Shown piece after piece: positions 1 through 10,088 of a stretch of DNA of 64,000 bases. This stretch comes from Clostridia bacterium. GTDB lineage: Bacteria; Bacillota; Clostridia; Monoglobales; Monoglobaceae. Location of the stretch: contig JAFYXL010000004.1 in assembly GCA_017546165.1 (NCBI GenBank), forward strand, positions 51,066 through 115,065, read 5' to 3'. The notes under the pieces are model-generated. The model was not told the origin of the DNA, made no database searches, and saw only the letters and a list, made by a program, of their open reading frames with translations. Position numbers and translations under genes: made by a program. Numbering within the stretch: the first letter of the stretch is position 1; each line of letters opens with the position of its first letter.

Positions 1-1220
1 AGCTTTATACGGTTATAACCACCTTCAAAAGCAATTCTTGACGTTCTCAGCAGATCCTCCTCCAAAACATTCTTATTTATAACATCACGAAGTCTTTGAG
101 TTCCCGCCTCAGGTGCAAAAGTAAGTCCACTCTTCTTAACGGTTTGGACCTTCTCCATAAGCTCCATTGAGAAGTTGTCCACCCTAAGAGATGGCAAAGA
201 CAGATTAATACGTTTATCAACTGTGATTTTGAGAAGCTCATCTATAAGCTCGTGAAGACAAGTATAATCGCTGGTGCTCAGTGATGAAAGTGACATTTCT
301 TCATATCCTGTGCTGTCAATCATCTTCTTTGCCGTATCAACCAGTTTTTCAACTGAATGTTCACGAACAGGACGATAAAGGTATCCCGCCTGACAAAATC
401 TGCAACCACGGATACAACCACGGAAAATCTCCAAAGTCATACGGTCGTGAACAATATCCATAAACGGCACTATCATCTTGTCAAGGATGTATGCACTATC
501 AAGTTCCTTTACAATACGTTTTTTAATTTTTTCAGGAACACCATCCCTGTTAGGCTTTATTGATTTTACAGTATTGTCATCGTTATATACCACGTCATAA
601 AACTGTGGAACATAAACCCCTTCTATTTTTGCAATCTTATGCAAAAATTCAATTCGGCTTTCTTTGGCATTCTTCCATTCTTTATATGCGTCAATAATTT
701 CATTATTGACCTCTTCACCTTCACCAAGAATAAAAAAGTCTATTACATCGGCCAGGGGTTCACCATTATAAGCACAAGGTCCGCCGGCGCAAACAAAGGC
801 ATCATCTCCCCCTCTGTCTTTTGTTCTGAGGGGAATCCCTGCCAAATCAAGCATATTTATAATGTTGGAGAAACTCATTTCATACTGGAGTGTAAAACCA
901 ACAATATCAAATTCTGAAATTGGTGTATGACTTTCTAATGAAAGCAATGGAAGTTGAGCATTTCTTAGTTCCTCTTCCATATCAACCCAGGGAGCAAATA
1001 CACGTTCACAAACTGTATCCTCCCGGTCATTCAGCATATGATATAGGATTTTCATCCCCAAATGTGACATTCCCACTTCGTACACATCAGGAAAACAAAA
1101 GGCAAAGGACACCATTTCCTCCGTCTTTTCCTTATGTACACTGTTAAACTCATTTCCTATATAGCGTGCCGGTTTCTGAACTTTCTTCAGACACGCCTCA
1201 AATTTTGTCTTATAGTTCAT
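1..1220 (-). CDS. B12-binding-domain radical SAM protein (TIGR03960-like); C-terminal end runs off the window
   Basis: ATG at 1220 with a GAAGGG RBS. Hand translation gives MNYKTKFEACLKKVQKPARYIGNELNSVHKEK... and a radical-SAM CxxxCxxC motif (FRGCIRGCRFCQAGY, about 385-420). The frame is open to position 1, so it is absent from the ORF track. Confidence 0.8.
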   Translation of the reverse strand, partial: MNYKTKFEACLKKVQKPARYIGNEFNSVHKEKTEEMVSFAFCFPDVYEVGMSHLGMKILYHMLNDREDTVCERVFAPWVDMEEELRNAQLPLLSLESHTPISEFDIVGFTLQYEMSFSNIINMLDLAGIPLRTKDRGGDDAFVCAGGPCAYNGEPLADVIDFFILGEGEEVNNEIIDAYKEWKNAKESRIEFLHKIAKIEGVYVPQFYDVVYNDDNTVKSIKPNRDGVPEKIKKRIVKELDSAYILDKMIVPFMDIVHDRMTLEIFRGCIRGCRFCQAGYLYRPVREHSVEKLVDTAKKMIDSTGYEEMSLSSLSTSDYTCLHELIDELLKITVDKRINLSLPSLRVDNFSMELMEKVQTVKKSGLTFAPEAGTQRLRDVINKNVLEEDLLRTSRIAFEGGYNRIK

Positions 1221-1348
1221 ATATACAAACCCTTCAATAATTGTTTTATTCTATGATACACCAAATACAGCTTTTTTTCAAGCATAACCTTTTAAATACC
1301 TTAATATAATTAAAATATAATAACTTTATCCAAGAAAGGACAACCACA

Positions 1349-1660
1349 ATGAGTGAAGAATATCGTGAATACAAAAGCAGGCGAACAACCCGCAAAAACA
1401 CAAAGAAAAGAGGCCTGGGATATTCCAAAAAGCTTTTTAAGCAAACTGTTTTTTCAATAATCATATTTACTACTGTTATTTCACCGGAACTTTTAGGTAT
1501 AGATTCAGGAAAATACATTAAAGACATCACAAAAGCGGCATTATTATATACTATTGACACCAGCAGTATAAGCAAAATTTTCAAAGATATATACTCAAAT
1601 TCAATATACAAGGGAGAAGAAAAAAATGAAAATACCCAAACTACATCAAAAAATCTTTGA
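1349..1660 (+). CDS. small membrane protein with a basic N-terminus and one TM segment; possible minimal SpoIVFA-like partner of the downstream protease
   Basis: GAAAGGA RBS upstream of the ATG. Lys/Arg-rich N-terminus followed by hydrophobic FSIIIFTTVI. The 3' end overlaps the next gene by 35 nt, suggesting an operon. No recognisable domain. Confidence 0.5.
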   Translation: MSEEYREYKSRRTTRKNTKKRGLGYSKKLFKQTVFSIIIFTTVISPELLGIDSGKYIKDITKAALLYTIDTSSISKIFKDIYSNSIYKGEEKNENTQTTSKNL

Positions 1661-2507
1661 TATCCCTGTTGGAAAAAAGCTGAGAATAAGCATATGGATA
1701 TTTCCCATCATTTTCGCTTCTGTTAGCGGTGGATATTCTCATTTATTTTTTGCAGCATATTTATCCGCAGCACTGCACGAACTCGCGCACATAGTCTGCG
1801 CCCATTTTCTAAAAATAGGCATTGACAGAATAAATATATATCCTTTTGGAATATCCGCTCGGCTTAAATCCACTTACATACAAAGTGCCGAAAAAGAGTT
1901 CCTGGTTGCAATCTCGGGACCTTTTTGCAGTTTGATTTTGTTTTGGCTGTTTTCATCTATCTATGTCCTGCAAAAACAATCGTTATTATTATACTTGGCC
2001 GATACAAATCTTGCGTTATGTATAATCAACTTAATCCCATCTCTGCCCCTTGATGGGGGTAGAATGTTAAAAGCATTGTTAACCCAGCGTTTTGGCATAA
2101 TTCGGTCATATAATTTTATGCTAAAGCTTAGCCGCATTGTAATACTGGTTCTTATTATCTCAGCAATTATTCTCGTAACAATTACCTACAATTTTTCACT
2201 TATTTTGATTTCAGCCTTTCTGCTTCAAAACCTTGTGTGGGAACAACAGTCCGTTTCATTAATTGCCCTGAAAGAAATACTCTCAAGCAAGGATAAAATT
2301 AAACTTAAGAACATATTGCCAACAAAAGTCATATGTGTATCTGAGGGAAAACCCGCATCAAATATTTTAAAATTTCTCAGTTATGACCATTTTTATATTG
2401 TAAATGTTATTGATGAAAATTGCAAAATAACAAACATCCTCACAGAAGCGGAAATTTTGACAGCATTAACCAAAAACGGGATAAGGACAAGATTTGGAGA
2501 TATATAA
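1626..2507 (+). CDS. spoIVFB: site-2 (M50) intramembrane metalloprotease with C-terminal CBS region, SpoIVFB-like
   Basis: HELAH zinc motif in a TM segment, NLIPSLPLDGG motif, multiple TM segments and a C-terminal CBS-like region. GGGAGA RBS. Confidence 0.75.
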   Translation: MKIPKLHQKIFDIPVGKKLRISIWIFPIIFASVSGGYSHLFFAAYLSAALHELAHIVCAHFLKIGIDRINIYPFGISARLKSTYIQSAEKEFLVAISGPFCSLILFWLFSSIYVLQKQSLLLYLADTNLALCIINLIPSLPLDGGRMLKALLTQRFGIIRSYNFMLKLSRIVILVLIISAIILVTITYNFSLILISAFLLQNLVWEQQSVSLIALKEILSSKDKIKLKNILPTKVICVSEGKPASNILKFLSYDHFYIVNVIDENCKITNILTEAEILTALTKNGIRTRFGDI

Positions 2508-2537
2508 AAAAGGGATTGTAACTACAATCCCTTTTTA
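2506..2537. terminator. bidirectional rho-independent terminator between convergent genes
   Basis: AAAAA-GGGATTGTA-ac-TACAATCCC-TTTTT: perfect 9-bp stem flanked by A and T runs. Confidence 0.75.
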
Positions 2538-4123
2538 TTAAAGAACTTATTGGCTTCCTCACCGTATAACATAAGGCATCTCAAAAGTTTGGAAAGCTTT
2601 GCATCATCATTTTTGGCAAGCTGTCTTGCAACATAGTCACGCACACTATACTTTTTAATATCACTGTAAGTATATACACCATTCTTTACCGTATATATTC
2701 TTGCATACACAGGTGCTTCCATATGCCGTGAAACAATATTTTCATAAGAGAAAACCTTATAGTTGCCATTTTTTTTGTAATTTTTCACCTTTCGGGTTTC
2801 TGTTCCTATAGTATGCGTTTTGGTAGCATTATAGGCACTTTCAGTCCAGAAAAGCATACCCAGCTCATCATAATTACCATTGCATACCGTATAGTAATTT
2901 ATTGAAATATCCCCTTCAAGCGAAAGTGTTGTTCCGTAAATTACTGCATCAGATTTCTTACCGACATTCTCATTAATTATTTTGTCCTCACTTACATAGA
3001 GCTTGGTAAAATCGGTAGCTCTTTCATTTGCGCTCAAAGACTCATTCGCCAAAACCGCATTGGACCCAAAATACTCTTGTGCTGCCGCACCATAATTAAG
3101 CATCTTTATAAGCAGGGGCTTTAGTTGCTTGTTTTTCATCATATTTTTAGCATAAGCCACAACACTGTACGAATCATATGGCATGGCCCCATATTCAACT
3201 TTCCCATTCTCATCTGTCGTTACAAGCCTTGCGTAAACCGATTTTGTCATTTCCTTTGATGTAATATTCTTATATTCGAACCTGTATCCATTTTTTTCCT
3301 TGCCGCTGCATTCCACAATTCGCTCAGCTGTCTCTACAGTATATTTGCTTTGCAGAGATGTCCAAAACAGCATTTTAGTTTTTTGAGGGTCAACTCCTTC
3401 AAGATCAGCATAAAACACAAGCGATATTGTTCCTTGTAGATCCAGGGTCCTTCCCGATATATCCAGGATTCGTTCTTCCGCTATGATAATATTTCTGCCG
3501 GCTTTGCTTTCATATGAAACAAGATTATCTGCATATACTGCATTTTTATTTTGAATTGTTGAACCTTCCAACTCGTAAACTTTTAGATTTTTACTTTGTG
3601 AGATTGTGCAAGGTATTTGAATTTTAACGCCTACATCCACCCCGACAGTTTCATTCTTTTCATTCACAAACCCGTATCTGATTTCAAATCGTGCCTGTTC
3701 AATAATGCGTTTAATTGTTACATTTTCAAATTGCGCAGTTTTTTGCGCAACAAAAAATACTTTTTTCTCTTTGATATTATTTAAATTATCATCAAAACAG
3801 GCTGTAAAAGCATCTGTCTTAACAGTAAGCTTTGATTTTTTTTGTCTTGAAATGATTTGAGTAATGTCTATTTTTATCCAGTCTTCTCCCGGAATTGAAA
3901 TGGTATATATGGGCTGGTTGTTACCTGAATCAGACATTGTAGTTTTTATGCCACCCGGTACTTCTGTAGTTGCTCCACCAACATTTTTCTCAAGTTTTAC
4001 ATTGTCATATGAACTTACAACAGTATATTCATCAGCACTTTCACCTTCCGCAAATACCATATAATTTAAGGTCATTGTTAAGGCCAGAATTATACAAATA
4101 ACTTCGTATAAAACTTTTTTCAT
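2522..4123 (-). CDS. secreted protein of unknown function with an internal ~170-aa duplication
   Basis: Start moved to ATG 4123 (AAGGAGGAG RBS, 8-nt spacer). Signal peptide MKKVLYEVICIILALTMTLNYMVFA/EG. Two colinear modules each contain MLFWT..., ...VYAR..., and end in LL..L.YG..A..FF. Confidence 0.7.
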   Translation of the reverse strand: MKKVLYEVICIILALTMTLNYMVFAEGESADEYTVVSSYDNVKLEKNVGGATTEVPGGIKTTMSDSGNNQPIYTISIPGEDWIKIDITQIISRQKKSKLTVKTDAFTACFDDNLNNIKEKKVFFVAQKTAQFENVTIKRIIEQARFEIRYGFVNEKNETVGVDVGVKIQIPCTISQSKNLKVYELEGSTIQNKNAVYADNLVSYESKAGRNIIIAEERILDISGRTLDLQGTISLVFYADLEGVDPQKTKMLFWTSLQSKYTVETAERIVECSGKEKNGYRFEYKNITSKEMTKSVYARLVTTDENGKVEYGAMPYDSYSVVAYAKNMMKNKQLKPLLIKMLNYGAAAQEYFGSNAVLANESLSANERATDFTKLYVSEDKIINENVGKKSDAVIYGTTLSLEGDISINYYTVCNGNYDELGMLFWTESAYNATKTHTIGTETRKVKNYKKNGNYKVFSYENIVSRHMEAPVYARIYTVKNGVYTYSDIKKYSVRDYVARQLAKNDDAKLSKLLRCLMLYGEEANKFFNKKGL

Positions 4124-4143
4124 AATATAACTCCTCCTTAACA

Positions 4144-4767
4144 TTAATCGTCCGATGATATAACCAAGACATATCCTGAATCAAACGTAATCTTTGCAGT
4201 TGTATCCCCAACAAAGCTGTTACTGCTGGCCTGAGCTTTATTACTCTCAAGCTTAATCCCTTCCGCTTCATACTTAAGACCCTTGACGGAAAAATTTTCA
4301 ACATCGCCGCCAAAAGGAAAAAACGAAACATATTTTCTGCCATCAGGGTTAAGTTCAAAATCACAATTTTTTATAGTAACCGTATTCTTTTCATCCACAA
4401 GCTGTCCTGAGGCACCGCTATCAACAATTTTCTTGAGCAAGCAAAAATGCGAAAATTCGTGATCCAGCCGTCCACCAATACCACCTATAATAGTAATGTC
4501 TTTAAAACCCCGTTTAAGAGCCAATTCTACCGCAAGATCGGTATCTGTGTTATCCTTTTTAACCGGAAAACTTATCTTTTCCCTTGCCCTTATACTCTCA
4601 TTATCCAAAGAATCACCATCACCAAGCCACACATCTACATCTATACCAAGGGCGTTTGCGTGACTCATTCCTCCATCGGCACAGATAACAAAAGAATTGG
4701 AAAAATCAATTTCTTTTAAATATTCATATGAGCTTATTTGTGACGAGCTGAATATATAGCATCTCAC
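4144..4767 (-). CDS. thiN: thiamine diphosphokinase
   Basis: GGIGGRLDH motif, ~207 aa, conserved position downstream of rpe, overlapping its stop by 4 nt. Confidence 0.85.
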   Translation of the reverse strand: MRCYIFSSSQISSYEYLKEIDFSNSFVICADGGMSHANALGIDVDVWLGDGDSLDNESIRAREKISFPVKKDNTDTDLAVELALKRGFKDITIIGGIGGRLDHEFSHFCLLKKIVDSGASGQLVDEKNTVTIKNCDFELNPDGRKYVSFFPFGGDVENFSVKGLKYEAEGIKLESNKAQASSNSFVGDTTAKITFDSGYVLVISSDD

Positions 4768-5432
4768 TTTGCAGCAATCCTCATTTCAGCAATTACAGCA
4801 GGTATATCCTCTGCTTTAAATACAGCTGAACCTGCAACCATTACATTTGCTCCGCTTTTTGCAGGCATATCAATATTTTTTGCAGTTACTCCGCCGTCAA
4901 CTTCTAAATCAATTTCTTTGCCACAGTTATCTATCATTTGTCTTGCTTTTGCAATCTTTTCGTTCATTGCTTCCATATAAGTCTGTCCGCCAAATCCCGG
5001 CTCAACTGTCATAACAAGAAGCAAATCAAGCTTTTCAATATAAGGAGCAACAACCGAAACATCTGTTCCCGGTTTTACCGAAATACCTGCCTTTTTACCA
5101 AGGCTATGAATATAATCAATACCTTCTTCCGGATTTTCCATAGCTTCGTGATGAATAGTAATTATATCAGCACCTGCATCTGAAAACGTTTTTATGTATT
5201 TCATAGGTTCGCTTATCATAAGGTGTACATCAAAAACCATTTCTGTGGTTTTTCTAAGCATCTTTGTGATATCGGGAGAAAAGCCCATATTAGGCACAAA
5301 ATGTCCATCCATAACATCAATATGAACATAGTCTGCCCCTGCATCTTCTATTCTTTTTAATTCTGCCCCAAGATTTGCCGCATCTGCAGCAAGAATTGAT
5401 GGTGCAATTTTTATATTTCTTTCGCTCATCAT
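4764..5432 (-). CDS. rpe: ribulose-phosphate 3-epimerase
   Basis: IAPSILAAD, HIDVMDGHFVPN and VDGGV motifs. Confidence 0.95.
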   Translation of the reverse strand: MMSERNIKIAPSILAADAANLGAELKRIEDAGADYVHIDVMDGHFVPNMGFSPDITKMLRKTTEMVFDVHLMISEPMKYIKTFSDAGADIITIHHEAMENPEEGIDYIHSLGKKAGISVKPGTDVSVVAPYIEKLDLLLVMTVEPGFGGQTYMEAMNEKIAKARQMIDNCGKEIDLEVDGGVTAKNIDMPAKSGANVMVAGSAVFKAEDIPAVIAEMRIAAK

Positions 5433-5449
5433 TTCAACCTCTTTTAAAT

Positions 5450-6328
5450 TTATTTATATGCTGTTGCCATTTTTATTTCTTCAAAAAGCAACTTATAACT
5501 CTCGTGCCGGCTCTCTGATATTTGACCGTCTTTTAAAGCCTCTCTGATTTTACAATCCGGCTCAGATATATGTCTGCAATCAAGAAATCTGCAATCACCT
5601 AAATAACTGTCAAATTCCCTGAAAAGGCCGGGCAGAATATCCGTCGTAACTTCGGCAAGTTCAAACGAACTAAACCCCGGCGTGTCAATTATATACCCAC
5701 CAGACGGAAGTTCTACCAACTCTGAATGTCTTGTAGTGTGTCTGCCACGTTCGGTACGCTTACTTACCCCGCCTGTTTCAAACAATTCTTTGTCAACAAT
5801 ACGATTCAAAAGACTTGATTTACCCACACCTGAATTCCCTGCAAACACTGTTACTTCATCCTTTAACAATCTCTTGAGTTCATCAATATTTTTGTCATCC
5901 AGAGCACTTGTGACAACCACTTCAAAACCTGCCTTCTTATACATTTCCGGTAAGTCATTATCTGCTGTCAGGTCACTTTTATTAAAGCACAGTGAAATTT
6001 TGAGTTTTGCAAATTCAGCTGAGGCAATCAGCTTATCAAGAACATAAAGATTAGGCTTTGGGCTTTCAAGAGCCACAACCGCCATCATTTGCGAAATATT
6101 GGCAACCGCCGGTCTTACAAGAGTGTTTCGGCGGTCTTTTATAGCCGCCACAACACCTGTTTGTTTGTCTTCATTTAATTCGACTTCTACAACATCACCA
6201 ACAAGGGGAGTTATACCCATTTTTCTGAAAACCCCTTTGGCGCGGCACTCAATTATGCCTTGATCGGTATTTACATAGTAAAATCCGCCTATTCCTTTTA
6301 CAATAACCCCTTTAAGATTATTCATCAA
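5450..6328 (-). CDS. rsgA: ribosome small-subunit-dependent GTPase A
   Basis: Circularly permuted GTPase: NKSD, then GNSGVGKSSLLN. C-terminal zinc cluster CRFLDCRHISEPDC. Confidence 0.92.
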   Translation of the reverse strand: MMNNLKGVIVKGIGGFYYVNTDQGIIECRAKGVFRKMGITPLVGDVVEVELNEDKQTGVVAAIKDRRNTLVRPAVANISQMMAVVALESPKPNLYVLDKLIASAEFAKLKISLCFNKSDLTADNDLPEMYKKAGFEVVVTSALDDKNIDELKRLLKDEVTVFAGNSGVGKSSLLNRIVDKELFETGGVSKRTERGRHTTRHSELVELPSGGYIIDTPGFSSFELAEVTTDILPGLFREFDSYLGDCRFLDCRHISEPDCKIREALKDGQISESRHESYKLLFEEIKMATAYK

Positions 6329-6347
6329 CCAAAAACCTTTCTTTTAT

Positions 6348-8237
6348 TTAATGCAGATTAATTGTGCCCTTTTGTTGTGAAACACCATCGTGGAAGATTT
6401 CAACTGTAACTGTGCTTGAAGTACCTTCAAGCTTCACAACATCGCTCTTACCTTTTTCAAGATTCTTGCTGTAAACATTAGAGCCATTAACACTTACCTG
6501 CACTAATGCGCTTGCCTTATCCTTTGGTCCATAAATTGTGAGCATAGTACTCTTCTTCTGTACAGGAGGTTTCTCTACTGCCGGTTCATCATTTGAGTCT
6601 GTACTGCCGGGATCACTATTTGAAGGTTCTTCTTCATTTCCATCTTCAGGGCCTTTGCTCAGATAAAACAATACTGTATCGCCTTTCTTAACAGAACTTC
6701 CTGCCGAAGGTTCTTGTCTTATTATAGATCCTGTAGGAATGGTATCGCTAAATTCTTCCTCAAACTCTGACTTAAGTCCCAGTTCTTCCATCTCAAGTTC
6801 AACTTCACGGGAATCTTTGTATCTTGTATAGTTTTTAAGAATTATCTCCGAGGTTCCACCGCTAAGTTCAACTGTTATTACAATAACTTCCTTTTTCTTC
6901 ACCTTATCACCAGCTGCAGGTTCCTGAGAGAGGATAGTGCCTTCTTCAAGTTTGCTTTCGACTGTTTTGCCCCTAATGATATTAAACTTATATTCTATAT
7001 TCTCATTATCAATATCAACATACTTCTCAATGGCTTCTTCATAAAGAAGTCCTTCAAGATCAGGAATTTCAACTGTTTCGCTGCCCATCAACATACTACC
7101 GATACCTGTTATTGAAAGAAATGCCGTAGATATAATCGCAATTACCAAAACAGCGCAAACAATGGCAATGGTAATCACTTTTCTTTCCTTCTTTTTGTCA
7201 ACTTTAGCGTCGTATGTCTTTTTATGAGTATCTTTCACATCTTTCTCTTCTTTCTCGGCTTTCTCGGCTTTCTCTTCTTTCTCGGCTCTCTGTTCTTTTA
7301 TCTGCTCAACTTTTCCCAAACTTTCAAGTTTCACAGCAGGCATTTTTATTGTATGTCCACCATCCATAGCAATAGGTTCAGCCGCCGGCTCCTCTTCAGC
7401 TATTTGACGACTTGGGTCATTCAAAACAGATTCAAGTTCTGCAATCATCTCACTTACATTCTTATACCGTCCCGACACTTCCTTTGTCATCGCCTTTAAC
7501 ACCACTCTTTCGAGGGCTAAGGGAATACTCAGGTTATGTTCTCTTGGCGGGATAGGTTTGTCTTGCAAGTGCATTATGGCAACGGTAACAGGTCTGTCAC
7601 TGTCAAAAGGAACTGTTCCCGTCAGCATTTCATATAACACAATACCAAGTGAATAAATATCCGAACGTTCATCCGTATATCCACCTCTCGCCTGTTCAGG
7701 TGATATATAATGAACAGAACCAATCGCACTGTCTTCACAGGTCATTGTGGACTGTACGTTTGCACGTGCAATACCAAAATCTGTTACTTTCAGCACACCA
7801 TCATTTTTCATAATTATGTTATGTGGTTTTACATCTCTGTGAATTATAGAATTTTTATGAGCCTGTTCAAGTCCTTTTGCAATCTGAACCGCATAACCCA
7901 CAGCCTCACGCCATGGGAGAATGCGCTTTTCATCAATATATTCTTTAAGAGTTATACCCTGTATATATTCCATAACAATGTAATGAAGCCCATCTTCGTT
8001 ACCCACATCAAATATGGAAACAATATTAGGATGTGTAAGACTTGCTGCAGCCTGAGCCTCTACATTGAAACGACGCACAAATTCTTCATCATTTTGAAGA
8101 TCAGGGCGAAGAACCTTTATCGCAACAAAACGATTCAGCAATCTGCATTTTGCCTTATACACAACAGCCATACCGCCGCTGCCAACTTCCTCAATTATCT
8201 CATATCGGTTTGCAAGAACCTTACCAATCAAAGTCAT
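6348..8237 (-). CDS. prkC: Ser/Thr protein kinase with extracellular PASTA repeats
   Basis: GSGGMAVVYKA, HRDVKPHN, DFG and SPE motifs. A single TM segment, two PASTA-like repeats and a C-terminal beta-rich domain. Overlaps stp by 4 nt. Confidence 0.93.
   Translation of the reverse strand: MTLIGKVLANRYEIIEEVGSGGMAVVYKAKCRLLNRFVAIKVLRPDLQNDEEFVRRFNVEAQAAASLTHPNIVSIFDVGNEDGLHYIVMEYIQGITLKEYIDEKRILPWREAVGYAVQIAKGLEQAHKNSIIHRDVKPHNIIMKNDGVLKVTDFGIARANVQSTMTCEDSAIGSVHYISPEQARGGYTDERSDIYSLGIVLYEMLTGTVPFDSDRPVTVAIMHLQDKPIPPREHNLSIPLALERVVLKAMTKEVSGRYKNVSEMIAELESVLNDPSRQIAEEEPAAEPIAMDGGHTIKMPAVKLESLGKVEQIKEQRAEKEEKAEKAEKEEKDVKDTHKKTYDAKVDKKKERKVITIAIVCAVLVIAIISTAFLSITGIGSMLMGSETVEIPDLEGLLYEEAIEKYVDIDNENIEYKFNIIRGKTVESKLEEGTILSQEPAAGDKVKKKEVIVITVELSGGTSEIILKNYTRYKDSREVELEMEELGLKSEFEEEFSDTIPTGSIIRQEPSAGSSVKKGDTVLFYLSKGPEDGNEEEPSNSDPGSTDSNDEPAVEKPPVQKKSTMLTIYGPKDKASALVQVSVNGSNVYSKNLEKGKSDVVKLEGTSSTVTVEIFHDGVSQQKGTINLH
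7241..7290. repeat. short imperfect direct repeats (TTTCTCGGCTTTCTC-type) inside prkC
   Basis: Encodes the low-complexity juxtamembrane linker AEKEEKAEKAEKEEKD. Confidence 0.5.
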
Positions 8238-8992
8238 ATGTTTTCCTCCTTTTTGAATTTGAGGGCAACTACCGTTATATTATCTATTCCGCCATTTTTA
8301 TTTGCCTCATCAATCAGCATTTTGACTGCGTCTTTCAAATTCTCTGTAGCGTTTAGTATCTTTTTAATCTCCTTATCGCTAAGCATTTCACAAAGTCCGT
8401 CACTGCACATAAGGATCGTTTCACCGCCAACAGGTACATAGTCAAAAAAGTCAGCATCTACAAACTTCTCCGTACCTACTGCTCTGGTTATTATATTCTT
8501 GTCGGGATGGTTGCGGGCTTCTGCACGGGTTATGCTTCCGCTTTGCACCAGCTCCTCAACAACTGAATGGTCAACCGTTATCTTCCGCATAACTATATCT
8601 GAAACAACATAAGCACAACTGTCGCCGATATTTGCAATTCTCACAAGACCATCCTTAACAAATGTGACTACTACGGTTGTTCCCATACCTGCCTGTGCTG
8701 AATTTTTAAGTGACATATTGTATATTTCAGAATTGGCAAAGTCTATGGCAGCTGCCATATTAAGGGCAATTTTGTTGTTATCCTGTTCTGTCAGGCTGCC
8801 CATCAAATCATCACAGATAATCTGCGCCGCCATACCGCTTGCAACCTCGCCTGCGTTATGTCCACCCATTCCGTCTGCCAAAACGCAAACGCCCGAAGGT
8901 CTTCCATCTTCAAACCCACAGATTTCAAAGCTGTCTTCGTTAAGTTCTCGGATTTGTCCTATATCTGTCAGTCCGCATACTTCAACAAACAT
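8234..8992 (-). CDS. stp: PP2C-family Ser/Thr protein phosphatase
   Basis: LADGMGGH, NIGDS, CSDGL and DNIT motifs. Start moved to ATG 8992 (MFVEVCGLTDIG, GAAAGG RBS). The ORF-track start at 9016 has no RBS. Confidence 0.9.
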   Translation of the reverse strand: MFVEVCGLTDIGQIRELNEDSFEICGFEDGRPSGVCVLADGMGGHNAGEVASGMAAQIICDDLMGSLTEQDNNKIALNMAAAIDFANSEIYNMSLKNSAQAGMGTTVVVTFVKDGLVRIANIGDSCAYVVSDIVMRKITVDHSVVEELVQSGSITRAEARNHPDKNIITRAVGTEKFVDADFFDYVPVGGETILMCSDGLCEMLSDKEIKKILNATENLKDAVKMLIDEANKNGGIDNITVVALKFKKEENI

Positions 8993-9044
8993 ATTATCAT
9001 AGCCTTTCCGCCCCACATGAGAGACTTATTTATAGTTTTACAAA

Positions 9045-10079
9045 TCACTTAATCCCACTGTTTTTCTTTTTTCTGAGCTGTCCGCAAGCGGCATTTATAT
9101 CACTGCCCATCTCTCGTCTGATGGTAGCCGAAATGCCCCTTTTTTCAAGCCTTTGCCGAAAGGCATTTATACCCTCACGGTTGCTTTTTTCAAAGCCTGT
9201 TTCTTCCACCTTGTTTACAGGAATAAGATTTACGTGACACAACTTTCCCCTTAGCAAATCCGCAAGACTATCTGCTTCAGCTATATTATCATTCACGCCG
9301 GCAATCAAAGTGTATTCAAATGAAATTCTTCTGCCTGTCTTTTCAATATAATAATCACAGGCCTCCATAAGCTCCTCAATAGGATATTTTTTATTAACCG
9401 GCATAATCTGTGACCTCTTCTCGTTATCAGGCGCGTGAAGAGAAATCAAAAGTGTTATCTGTAGTCTTTTATCAGCAAAATCCCGTATCTTTTCTGCAAG
9501 TCCGCAAGTAGAAATGGAAATATGCCTTTGACCTATATTAAGTCCACCCGGAGCATTTACAAGTTCAATAAATTTGAGGACATTCTCAAAGTTATCAAAA
9601 GGTTCACCAATGCCCATCATAACCACGTTTGAAATTCTCTGTCCCAAATCCTTTTGAACGCAAATTATCTGGCCTAAAAGCTCACCCGGTGTCAGGTCAC
9701 GTTCCTTGCCACCTATTGTTGACGCACAGAATTTGCACCCCATTCGGCATCCTACCTGAGATGAAACACAAATAGTATATCCATACTCATACTTCATAAG
9801 GACGGATTCAATAAAATTGCCGTCACTTAATTCTAACAGATACTTACGGGTTTCGTCAATGTTTGAAACATATTTTTCACAAATTTTCACTGCACCTATG
9901 TAGGTTTCAGCCTCAAGCTTCTCTCTGAGGCTTTTGGGGATGTTCAGCATATCGTCAAAGCTTTGTGCACCTTTATATATCCAATCGTAAATCTGCTTTG
10001 CACGGAATTTGGGCTGTCCCATATCTAAAATCAGTTTTTCCAATTCCACATAGTTAAGACTTATAAGTTCAGTTTTCAT
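9045..10079 (-). CDS. rlmN: 23S rRNA/tRNA adenine-C2 methyltransferase (radical SAM)
   Basis: CRMGCKFCAS radical-SAM motif, a C-terminal catalytic Cys in the ...INAACGQL context, and conserved synteny. Confidence 0.93.
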   Translation of the reverse strand: MKTELISLNYVELEKLILDMGQPKFRAKQIYDWIYKGAQSFDDMLNIPKSLREKLEAETYIGAVKICEKYVSNIDETRKYLLELSDGNFIESVLMKYEYGYTICVSSQVGCRMGCKFCASTIGGKERDLTPGELLGQIICVQKDLGQRISNVVMMGIGEPFDNFENVLKFIELVNAPGGLNIGQRHISISTCGLAEKIRDFADKRLQITLLISLHAPDNEKRSQIMPVNKKYPIEELMEACDYYIEKTGRRISFEYTLIAGVNDNIAEADSLADLLRGKLCHVNLIPVNKVEETGFEKSNREGINAFRQRLEKRGISATIRREMGSDINAACGQLRKKKNSGIK

Positions 10080-10088
10080 AAGTTCTCT

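Noticed and set aside
7710-8441. 243-aa plus-strand ORF
   Set aside because: It lies entirely antisense to the well-supported prkC/stp genes. It has no RBS and a low-complexity, Phe/Ile/Asn-rich translation typical of the antisense frame of AT-rich coding DNA.
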